Assembly: GCA_951406725.2 (NCBI GenBank)
Contig: OX597830.1
Coordinates: forward strand, 66,216,001 to 66,280,000
Direction: 5' to 3'
Length of the DNA: 64,000 bases
Source: Octopus vulgaris
Lineage: Eukaryota
The position numbers and the translations under genes were made by a program. The notes below the pieces were generated by a model. That model made no database searches, was not told the origin of the DNA, and saw only the letters and a list, made by a program, of their open reading frames with translations. Below, one piece after another: positions 53,011-64,000 of the stretch. Positions within the stretch are counted from its first letter, which is position 1, and each line of letters opens with the position of its first letter.

Positions 53011-53316
53011 GTGTATGTATGCGTTTATGTGTGTATGTATGTATGTATATATGTATGCATGCATGTGTATGTGTGTCGAATGACGAATCCTAGGACCAAC
53101 TGTTCCGGGGAACTTGGTAATGCCACTTAGAATTAAGTAGCCAAAGGATTAATGCTGAGTGTGAGAATATTTTAAATTAGAACGGTGAGTCAAGTGAGTA
53201 GACATTTTGTTTACCCTGCAGAAAACATGCGAGATAAAGGGACTAATTTGACTGACTATTCCTTGTATACTTATTAGCAGAGTAAAGTGCATTACTACAA
53301 ATAACTATACAGATGA

Positions 53317-53348
<32 letters not shown>

Positions 53349-53915
53349 CTGATGATGTTTGTGGCAGTGGTGGCGGTGGTAGTGACGATAATGCTGATTA
53401 TGATTGTGGTGGTGGTGGTGATGATGATGATGATGATGATGTTGGTGGTGGTAGTTGTGGTGATGATGATGATGATGTTGGTGGTGGTGGTGGTGATTAT
53501 GATGATGATGATGGTGGCAGTGGTGGTAGTGGTGGTGGTGATGATGATGTTTGTGGCAGTGGTGGCGGTGGTAGTGACGACGATGCTGATTATGACTGTG
53601 GTGGTGGTGGTGGTGATGATGATGACGATGGTGTGGTGGTGATGAGAATGATGATAATGGTGATGATGATGATGATGATGATGATGAAGATGATGATGAT
53701 GATGGAATAAAGCAAAGGGCGGGGTTAAAGGCGTATAAAAAAAAAACAGGACAAAATATGAGTAGATAAATAGGCATGTCTGTGAAAAATGAAAAGATAG
53801 ATGGAAAGATAGACAGGAAATAGATGGCAAAGTTAAGATAAAATTAAATTTAAAATGAGGGGGAAATAGATGAAGTGTTGAGTGATTCTGTACATAGATA
53901 GATATGTAGATAAGT

Positions 53916-53985
<70 letters not shown>

Positions 53986-54437
53986 GTTTCTTTATTAGAC
54001 ACACAGGGCTGAACACAGAGGGGACAGATTACAAAGTACAGCTTTTCTTTTTGGGGAGAAAAAAAGGGGGGTTAGGTTTTCGATCAAAAGGGATTGTAAA
54101 AAAAACGATCAATAGGGTCAATAGGTTAATAAAGAAACTTATCCATCCATCCATCCATCCATCCATCCATCCATCTATCTATCTATCTATCTATCTACCA
54201 CAGAAATGTCATGATGTAAAGTAGATAGATAGATAGATAGATAGATATGTTTCTTTATTAGCCACACAGGGCTGCACAAGATAGATAGATAGATAGAGGG
54301 ACATATGATAATGATGATGTCGAAGTAGTGTCCAGCCCCTGAGGGAGCAATCATGGCAGTGAAGTCAACACTTCCTTAACCCACAGCTACGACTGAGTTC
54401 AGACACAATACAACACAACACAGGCACACGCACGCGT

Positions 54438-54473
<36 letters not shown>

Positions 54474-54732
54474 GCACATACACTAAGATGCACATAGATG
54501 TACATATAAAAATAGACACACAAGTAAATACATCCGTATAAAAACACACACGCACACACATACACGTATATATATTTATATACACATAGACACATTCAAA
54601 TATATATATACAGGAACACATATAAAAAAATACATGCATATGCACTCACATATAAACACACATGCACACTTACATGTGCATGCAAATATAAATATGTACA
54701 TCTACATACTTTTATCCCTCCCTGTATACATT

Positions 54733-54770
<38 letters not shown>

Positions 54771-54776
54771 CATATA

Positions 54777-55662
54777 CAGGGTGCGATGGGTAAATTGTTG
54801 CCATTTCGTATTTTTAATTTCGTGCATGCGCATTGTTTGTTTTTGATTTTGTCGACTACACAGTATGGTAGGGTCAGTTGAGCACCATCTGTGAGAGAAA
54901 CAGCACCATGACGCAATTCACTCAGCCAGAAATTTGGAAACGACATGCTGTACTGCTTGGCATTTGTGCTGGAAACTCCAATATGAACACTGCAGAGTGT
55001 TGGGTGTCAATCTGAGGACAGTGCAATCTGAGGACATATACCGAGAGTGATAAAAATCAAACATCCAGTCAACATCATGGTGTTTGAACTGATCACTAGT
55101 GATGGTGACGTTATGCTTCCATTCATCTTCCCACATGGCCTCAGATTCAACATGGAGGCCTACATTAAGTGACTAGAGGAGGTAGTGCTGCCCTGGGTCA
55201 AGAGGGTGGCTGTTGGAAGATCCTAGATCTGACAACAGGTCTCTGCACCACGCTACACAAACAGAAGAATCCAGTCATGGCTGTCTGACAATTTCTGCAA
55301 CCACATAACCCTTAACATCTGGTCATCTAACTCCCCAGACTGCAACTCCCTTGTTAATAAGTGAGGGGTGCAGTTGAGCACAAGACCAACAAAATTCCTT
55401 GTAACTCCCGAAGATGAACTGAAGGCAAGGACTATGGCAGCATTTACCAACTTAAACAAGGAGACTGTCCAGAAGAGTTTCAGGAGATTCCGAAGTCATC
55501 TGGATGTCGTTTTTGAAGCCAATGGCGATTTTATTGAATAAATTTACTCTTCAGTATTTCAAGATATTTTTATGTAATTCTGGTAAATATAAATTGTTAA
55601 AATGAGATGTCGGTGTTATTTTCATTTTTGCGTAATTTAGATGACAGTTTATTCAGTACACC

Positions 55663-55665
<3 letters not shown>
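54777..55665 (+). mobile_element. Internally deleted maT-like element, copy 2
   Basis: Colinear with 29973-30853, including the same internal junction. Confidence 0.8.
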
Positions 55666-55704
<39 letters not shown>

Positions 55705-55754
55705 ATGCATGTGTGTAGTTATATTTATAAATATCTATACATACATTCATATAT

Positions 55755-56893
55755 GCATACATACATACATACATACATACATACATACATAATACATAGT
55801 TACATACATGCATACATACACACATACACACACATACATACATACATACATACATTCATACATACATACATACATACATACATACATTCATACATACATA
55901 CATACATACATACATTCATACAAACACACACACATACATACACACACACATACATACATACATTCATACATACATACATTCATACATACATTCATACAAA
56001 CACACACACATACATACATACATACATACATACATACATTCATACAAACACACACACACATACATACACACACACATACATACATACATACATACATACA
56101 TACATACATACATACATTCATACATACATTCATACAAACACACACACATACATACATACATACATACATACATACATACATACATACATTCATACAAACA
56201 CACACACACATACATACACACACACATACATACACACCCACATACATACATACATACATACATACATACATACATACATACATACATAGATACATACATA
56301 CATACATACATACATACATACATTCATACAAACACACACACACATACATACACACACACATACATACACACACATACATACATACATACATACATACATA
56401 CATACATACATACATACATACATACATACATACATACATACATACACACATACATACATACATACATACATACATAGATACATACATACATACATACATA
56501 CATACATAGATAGATACATACATACATACATACATACATACATACATACATTCATACAAACACACACACACATACAAACATACATACATGCATGCATACA
56601 TACATACATACATACATTCATACATACATACATTCATATATACATACATACATTCATACATACATACATTCATACAAACACACACACACACATACATACA
56701 TACATACATACACACACATACATACATTCATACATACGTACATTCATACATATATACATACATACTTACATATATACATACATACATGCATACATACATA
56801 CACACATACACACATACATACATACATACATACATACATACATACACACATTCATACACACACACATTCATACATACATACATATATACATAC
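55755..56893. repeat. ~1.1 kb (CATA)n tetranucleotide array with recurring ttcatacaaacacacac variant blocks
   Basis: Direct reading. Confidence 0.95.
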
Positions 56894-57646
56894 GTAATAC
56901 AGAAACAGAGACAAAGAGAGACAGACAGACACACACACACAAATGCATACACATACTTATGTCCACACACGTATACATATGCACACGCATATAACTGTGT
57001 GTGCATGTGTGCATGCATTTGTGTGTGTGTGTGTGTGCACGTGTGCATGTGTGGCTTTTTGTGTTGATTTTTTTGAGGAATGCCAGCAGTAACAACATGA
57101 ACATCACGTACATAGAATAACGCATAAATGTCAAAAAACACTCATAGACATTAAGTATGCATATGTGCATACATATAAATGCATATATACACAAATATAT
57201 ACACTCACTCTTTACACAAACACTTACAAGTACATGAGCAGATGTGGAAACTCACACACATGTAAGGATAGAAAAAATAGCTAACAAAAAATAGGTAAAG
57301 ACAAAAAAAGAACTAAAATAACTAAACTACTTAGGTGCAGGCATGGCTGTGTGGTAAGATGCTTGCTTCCCAACCACATGGTTTCAAGTTCAGTCCCACT
57401 GTGCACCACCTTGGGCAAGTGTCTTCTACTATAGCCTCAGGCTATAGTGAATTTTGTTGACAGAAACTGAAAGAAGCCTATTGTATAGGTGCAGAAGTGG
57501 CTATGTGGTAAGAAGCTTGCTTCCCAACCACATGGTCCTGGGTTCAGTCTCATCTTGGGCAAGTGTTTGCTACTATAGTCTCGGGCCAACCAAAGCCTTG
57601 AGAGTGGATTTGATAGATGGCAGCTGAAAGAAACCCAGCGTATATA

Positions 57647-57738
<92 letters not shown>

Positions 57739-58269
57739 TATACATGTATTTGTGTGCTTGTGTCTGTGTTTGTCCCCCATCCCATCGCTTGACAACCAAT
57801 GCTGGTGTATTTATGTCCCCGTAACTTAGCAGTTCAGCAAAAGAGACTGATAGAATAAGCACTAGGCTTACAAAGTCCTGGGGTCAATTTGCTTGACTAA
57901 AGGCAGTGCCCCAGCATGGCTGCAGTGAAAATGACTGAAACAAGAAAAAGAGTATATACATATATATACCTACATGTGTGTACCGCTGTATCTGTGTTTG
58001 TCCCCCACCACCCCTTGACAATTGGTGCCGGTGTGTTTGTGCCCCTGAAACTTAGTGGTTCAGCAAAAGAAACTGATAGAATGAATACCAGGCCTAAAAA
58101 AAATAACACCTAGGATCGATTCATTTGAGTAAAAAATTCTCTAAGGTGGTGCTCTAGCATGGCCACAGTTGAGTGGCAGAAACAAAAGAATAAAAGATAA
58201 AAGATGGGAGATAAAACCAAGACAGAAAACCCACAATAACATAGATGGGTCCTGGATAGGTAACTCTCT

Positions 58270-58437
58270 CTTTACTCTTTACTCTTTTACTCTTTTACTT
58301 GTTTCAGTCATTTGACTGCGGCCATGCTGGAGCACCACCTTTAGTCGATCAAGTCGACCCCGGGACTTATTCTTTTGTAAGCCCAGTACTTATTTTATCG
58401 GTCTGTTTTGCCGAACCGCTAAGTGACCGGGACGTAA

Positions 58438-58468
<31 letters not shown>

Positions 58469-58635
58469 CATATATACGACAGGCTTCTTTCAGTTTCCGT
58501 CTACCAAATCCACTCACAAGGCATTGGTCGGCCCGGGGCTATAGCAAAAGACACTTGCCCAAGATGCCACGCAGTGGGACTGAACCCGGAACCATGTGGT
58601 TGGTTAGCAAGCTACTTACCACACAGCCACTCCTG
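58270..58635 (-). mobile_element. SINE family A (internal deletion)
   Basis: Family match. Confidence 0.85.
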
Positions 58636-59018
58636 GTAAATGGATAAATCATTAATGATTTTATTCACTGTTTAATTATTAAGTTAATTGATAAATTGAT
58701 AAACTAGGGAAGTAAATCGATGACTGAATATAGGTCAATGAATGAAGAAATAAAAGAATATATAAAAAAAATGGAACAATCAGAAGAGCAGCAGGCATGG
58801 CTGTGTGGTTAAGATGTTTGTTTTGCTACCACATGATCATGGGTTCAGTCCTACTGCATGGCACTCTGTTATAGGTCAGGCCTGACCAATATCTTCTGAG
58901 TGAATTTAGTAGATGAAACTGAAGAGTTTGTCATATATATATATATAAGTAAATATATATATATATATATATATATTTAAGTAAATATAATGTTTTGTTG
59001 TTGAGATAGGTTCTCTTT

Positions 59019-59104
59019 CTTTCCTGATGAGAAGATTACATTATTTTACACCGTTTATTCCTTTGGAATAAAACCAATGTTGTCTTCGAAACATATGTCG
59101 AAAG
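59019..59104 (+). ncRNA. Canonical type I hammerhead ribozyme, GUC site
   Basis: Stem I CTTTC/GAAAG (extends to 11/13 bp, 59011-59112); CTGATGA 59024-59030; stem II GAAGA/TCTTC, extended by ACATT/AATGT; GAAA 59088-59091; palindromic stem III ACATATGT; C59099. Confidence 0.85.
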
Positions 59105-59298
59105 TAAAAGAATTTGAATAACATCTGCGTTCAGCTCCATTTATTTACTTATACTATACAAATTACTGCACATTAACCCGGAGTTTCTACCTTTGAGTAG
59201 GTCGCTACATCCTTGCTACTTGTGTGAATTTTGCTACCCTGGTGACTGTTTATTGAATTTTCCATGTTAACGGTAAACAAAGGATAATTCATTCATCC

Positions 59299-59340
<42 letters not shown>

Positions 59341-59446
59341 TTATATATAGAGTTAATCCAAACAAGAAAACACAAAAAAACACAACGCAAGGACGTGGAA
59401 GAAATATAGTATTATTGGACGCTCAGGAAAGAAGGGAAGAAGGAGG

Positions 59447-59481
59447 GTTTAACGTTTCGAGCGGATCTCTTCGTCGGAAAC
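59447..59481 (-). ncRNA. Minimal hammerhead motif with core substitution (CCGACGA)
   Basis: Minus strand: GTTT CCGACGA A GAG-atccg-CTC GAAA CG TT AAAC. Confidence 0.5.
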
Positions 59482-60419
59482 ATAGGAGAAGGAAAGATCC
59501 AGAGAAGGGAAGTCAGAGGAAAAAAAATCGCCAACGGTACACACGAGGTCACATTTTGAAAGACCAGAAGGAGAAAGGGTGAAGAAAGATGTTTTCAAAG
59601 ACAGAAGAGTAGAATGGTCAAAGACAAGCGAATGTAGGAGGGGGAATGTGTGTGTAAGTGTGGATGTGTGCGTGTGCGGAGGTCTGCGTGTGCGTGTGTG
59701 TGTGTATGTGTGCAATGATGACATGTGTGTGTGTGTGCGTGTGTGTACGTGTGTGTGTGGTTGTAGCAGTAAACAACAGGCTAGTAGCTGGCTAGTTTGT
59801 AAGAATAAGGAGTGGTTTTTTTTCTCTGCCACAGGTCAGTACAATGAAGTATGTGTGTGTGTGCGTGTATATATATGTATCGTGTGTGTGTTTTGTTTGT
59901 AGTGTGTGTGTGTGTGTGTGATACATACATACACATATCATCATCCTCATTGCTTAACATCTTCCTTCCATGCAGGTATGGGTGGGATGTATATATATAT
60001 ATACACACACATATATATATATATATATATTAATTTTAAAAAAAACAGAATAAGAACATAACAGATGACAACAAAAACATACGGACAGACAGACAATACA
60101 AAGACAGACAAGAAAAGCCAGGTTGGAACATTTATGGCTTTCTTTCATCAGTCAAGCTTCCAATCATCCTTACAGTTTCAGCCTGTTATACTTGAGACTG
60201 TTCAAAATTGGTAGGCCCTAAAAATCTAAGCTAAGGGCATTAAATTTTGGGAAGAAAGCGAGCGAATACATGCAACAACACAGACAAATAATTGAGAAAA
60301 AGGAGAAAATGTTACACAATTACAAATAGAAACCACAAGAACACACATATAACAAACTCCCCTGTTGATTTCAACATACGAGGGCTTGGAGGCTTAGTAT
60401 AATCATTATTACTTATGTT

Positions 60420-60797
60420 TGTGTCTCTGATGTGAATTTAATCCAGCTAAAGATTTACAAGATTGTCCATCCACCCTGAGGACAGGACACAGAACTCTTA
60501 CAATGTTCTGCTAGGATCGCATTTCTGTATTTTACCCCAGTTCTCTTTCCTTGAAGATGAATCAATAATTGACTTTTGAAGTTCTGAATTGCTTCAAAAC
60601 AGTTTGATCTTCATTTGCATCACACTTGAGCGAGTTCTTTAAAGTAAACTAGAGAAACAACCGCATGTTTGAGGTTTTTCCCTCAGTTTGTCCTTAAAGC
60701 GAAGCCAGGGCCTCCCAACATTTCTTTTACCCTTATCAAGCTGGTGGTACAAAAGCTACTAGGAATCCTATCTACACACATGTGCACGATATGTCCT
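60420..60797 (-). mobile_element. RTE (BovB-like) LINE 3' end, decayed
   Basis: Minus strand: GHIVHM..DRIP..LLYHQLDKGKRNVGRPWLRFKD ... CKSLAGLNSHQRH (terminal zinc-finger remnant). Confidence 0.7.
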
Positions 60798-60972
60798 TCC
60801 TATATGTACAGATCATTGTGTCTGTGTTTTTGCGTATGTGTTTGTCCTCTGCCACTGCTTAACAAATGGTGTTGGTTTGTTTATGTCCTTGTCACTTAGC
60901 AGTTTGGCAAAAGAACTGACAGAATAAGTTCCAGACTTTAAAAAAAAAAACAAGCACTGTGGTCAATATAAT

Positions 60973-61524
60973 ACAGTTCTATATTTCAGAGATGAGGAAT
61001 TATGTACATTACTCTTTTACTTGTTTTAGTCATTTGACTGTGGCCATGCTGGAGCACCGCCTTTTTAGTTGAGCAAATCGACCCCAGGACTTATTCTTTG
61101 TAAGCCTAGTACAAATTCTATCGGTGTCTTTTGCCGAACCGCTAAGTTACGGGGACGTAAACACACCAGCATCGGTTGTCAAGCGATGTTGAGGGGACAA
61201 ACACAGACACACAAACATATACACACATATATATATGATGGGCTTCTTTCAGTTTCCATCTACCAAATCCACTCACAAGGCTTTGGCTGGCCCAAGGCTA
61301 TAGAAGACACTTGCCCAAGGTGTCACGCAGTGGGACTGAACCCAGAACCATGTGGTTCATAAGCAAGCTACTCCTATGCCATTATTTACATTATTTAGAT
61401 TTGACTGATATTTGTCCTCATCTTGTTTGTTGTTAACACATTTCAGCTAATATAGCCTCCAGCCTTCATCAGGTGTCTTGGGGAAATTTCAAACCTGCGT
61501 TCTCATTCCTAAGGTATTTTTCGA

Positions 61525-61579
<55 letters not shown>

Positions 61580-61666
61580 TTTATTCAGGTCACTGCCTGG
61601 AATCAAACTCGGAATCTTGGGGTTAGTAGCCTGCGCTCTTAACCACTACGCCATATGCCAGTGGGC
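60973..61666 (-). mobile_element. tRNA-headed hammerhead-tailed SINE (copy 3, hammerhead decayed), interrupted by a family A SINE at ~61011-61380
   Basis: Head 61585-61666, (AAT)n, decayed hammerhead 61435-61477. The tail appears to resume at 60973-61010 (short catta duplication around the inserted SINE). Confidence 0.75.
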
Positions 61667-63639
61667 ATTAGCCCCAAGATTTCGAGTTTGCTCAAGGACA
61701 CTGCACATCATCAGGTATATGGCATATGCCTGATGATGGAGCACTTAGCTACTTGCTGTTAACTTCATAAGCAGGCTATTCCATTCTGTTGATCGGATCA
61801 ACTAGAACACTTGTCATCATAACTGAAGGAGTGCCAGTTTACATGTGTGTGAGAGTGTATTTGTATTGTTTAATCTATACAAATTAAGTAAGCTGTATAT
61901 GTATATTCTACTCTTTTGTATATATTTATTTTCTTGGCTACTGGGGATAAGTTAGGAAAATTGCTGTGCTGATGATGCCTGTTGAAGGCAGAAACATGCA
62001 TCCATGAATGGCCTCTTCTACCCAGACAATAAGCCCAGCAAACTGGCTTCTGTGCCGGTGACATGTAGGAGGCACCATTCGAGCGGGATCGTTACCAGCA
62101 TCGCCCCGACTGGCACCTGTGCCGTTGGCATGTGTAAAAAATTCGAGCGAGGTCAATCCCAGTACCGCCTGACTGGCACCCGTGCCAGTGGCACGCAAAA
62201 GCACCCACTACACTCTCGGAGTCTACCAAATCCACTCACAAGGCATTGGTCGGCCCGGGGCTATAGCAGAAGACACTGTAGAAACTCTGCCAGATCAAGA
62301 CTGGAGCCTGGTGCAGCCATCTGGTTCACCAGCCCACAGTCAAACTGTCCAACCCATGCTAGCATGGAAAACGGATGTTAAATGATAATGATGATGATGA
62401 TGATGATCGACTGCAGAGAATTCTTGATCCTTGAGATTGACTCCCCTTCTCATGTGGAGCTGGTCATAATTGCCATTTGGTAATTATTGTATTCTTTAGA
62501 GGCAGAAATAATTTTCATAACTTGAGAACTTATGTTGTATGGTATTTGATATACCTGTATATTTTATCTGTCTTGTACATGCCACTGCCCGTTCTTAGCT
62601 CGTTTTTGTTTCATAAAGTTTTAAGCTCACCCACGCATACATTCACAAGTGCTCACCCCCATTTACACATACATACTCCATCCTTACATACATAAATGTG
62701 CTTGCACACTCTAGTTCAGCCAGGTCACTGTTATTATCTCCCTTTCACTCAGCCTCTTTCTTGCAGTCATATCATTAAGCTGAACCATTAACCCCTACAT
62801 ATCTTCTTTCTCTCTCCATGTTTTCTCTTAACCATTTCTGCTGAAGTGCATAGGCTCGAAATATCAAAGACTTTTCCATTCTTCCTGAGCATCAAGCTGA
62901 TAAGGTTGCTTGTTGTTCCCCCACCTTGTCTTTGTCTTTTGATTTCTGTAAATTTGAACTAGATATATGTGTATGTCTCTGTCTATATGTATTTCTTTAC
63001 TACCCACAAGGGGCTAAACACAGAGGGGACAAACAAGAACAGACAAATGGATTAAGTCGATTACATCGACCCCAGTGCGTAACTGGTACTTAATTTATCG
63101 ACCCTGAAAGGATAAAAGGCAAAGTCGACCTCGACGGAATTTGAACTCAGAACGTAACGGCAGACGGAATACAGCTACACATTTCGCCCGGCGTGCTAAC
63201 GTTTCTGCCAGCTCGTCTCTGTCTATATATATGTATGTTGGTGTGTGTATGTGCATATATATATAGAAATATTCTTTTACTCTTATATATGTATCAGGGA
63301 TGTGCCATATACGTAGGCAGTGCCTATCTTGAATAAAATAGATTGATAGCAACATTTTCCTCTCATGGCAAAATATGCACCTAATTCAATAAAAAATAAA
63401 ATAAAAGGTTACTATGCATAAAATGCAAAATGTTTTATTTTTCTGTAGATTAGGTAGGCATAATTCACCCCTGCTTTTCAATCTCAGTATTTAAGCTACA
63501 CATAGTACTGCTGTAGTACATGTGCTGGGTACATTTCAACAACTCTGTTTTCTTTATGTGTAATAAAGGCAGAAATAGATCTGCCTTCAACTCAGTCGGG
63601 CAACTGTGTTTCATTTATGTTTTGTGTGCTGATATATAT

Positions 63640-64000
63640 ACTCTTTTACTCTTTTACTTGTTTCAGTCATTTGACTGCGGCCATGCTGGAGCACCGCCTT
63701 TAGTTGAGCAAATCGATCCCGGGACTTATTCTTTGTAAGCCCAGTACTTATTCTATCGGTATTTTTTTGCCGAACCGCTAAGTGATGGGGACGTAAACAC
63801 ACCAGCATCGGTTGTCAAGCAATGCTAGTGGGACAAACACAGACACACAAACATACACACACATATATACATATATATACATACATACGACAGGCTTCTT
63901 TCAGTTTTCGTCTACCAAATCCACTCACAAGGCATTGGTCGGCCCGGGGCTATAGCAGAAGACACTTGCCCAAGGTGCCATGCAGTGGGACTGAACCCTG
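63640..64000 (-). mobile_element. SINE family A (head cut by window end)
   Basis: Family match. Confidence 0.85.

Noticed and set aside
53243-54016. 257 aa His/Thr/Ile-rich ORF
   Set aside because: Mixed (GAT)/(GGT) triplet and (GATA)n repeats with a local internal duplication; no coding signal.
55669-57194. Many 100-280 aa HTYI/MYVC ORFs
   Set aside because: (CATA)n microsatellite artefacts; the same applies to 19036-19666, 39657-40304, 40462-40921, 46675-47103 and 52423-53130.

Overview
Eukaryotic, AT-rich, repeat-saturated genomic DNA. The SINE families and dense (TA)n/(CA)n/(CATA)n/(GAT)n microsatellites look like Octopus (coleoid cephalopod); this assignment is from pattern recognition. 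The only well-supported protein-coding gene is the 5' part of an ARMC6 (armadillo repeat-containing 6) orthologue on the minus strand. It has three coding exons (4570-4686, 3392-4055, 2555-2700) with canonical, phase-consistent splice sites, and a candidate non-coding first exon and Inr promoter at ~10301-10362. The gene continues beyond position 1. The remaining ~53 kb has no recognisable host coding exon. It consists of tRNA-derived SINEs, RTE-type LINE fragments, decayed Tc1/mariner/maT/Tigger transposons, Merlin-, hAT- and piggyBac-like MITEs, Penelope-like remnants, and short unique islands. The most notable signal is ~10 type I hammerhead-ribozyme motifs from several unrelated repeat families. 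One is a fully canonical GUC hammerhead (59019-59104). Three belong to a tRNA-headed (Pol III) SINE whose 3' tail carries a minimal hammerhead, an arrangement reminiscent of schistosome Sm-alpha retrozymes. Almost all ORFs in the supplied track are microsatellite or SINE artefacts. No database search was run; family names are from motif recognition.
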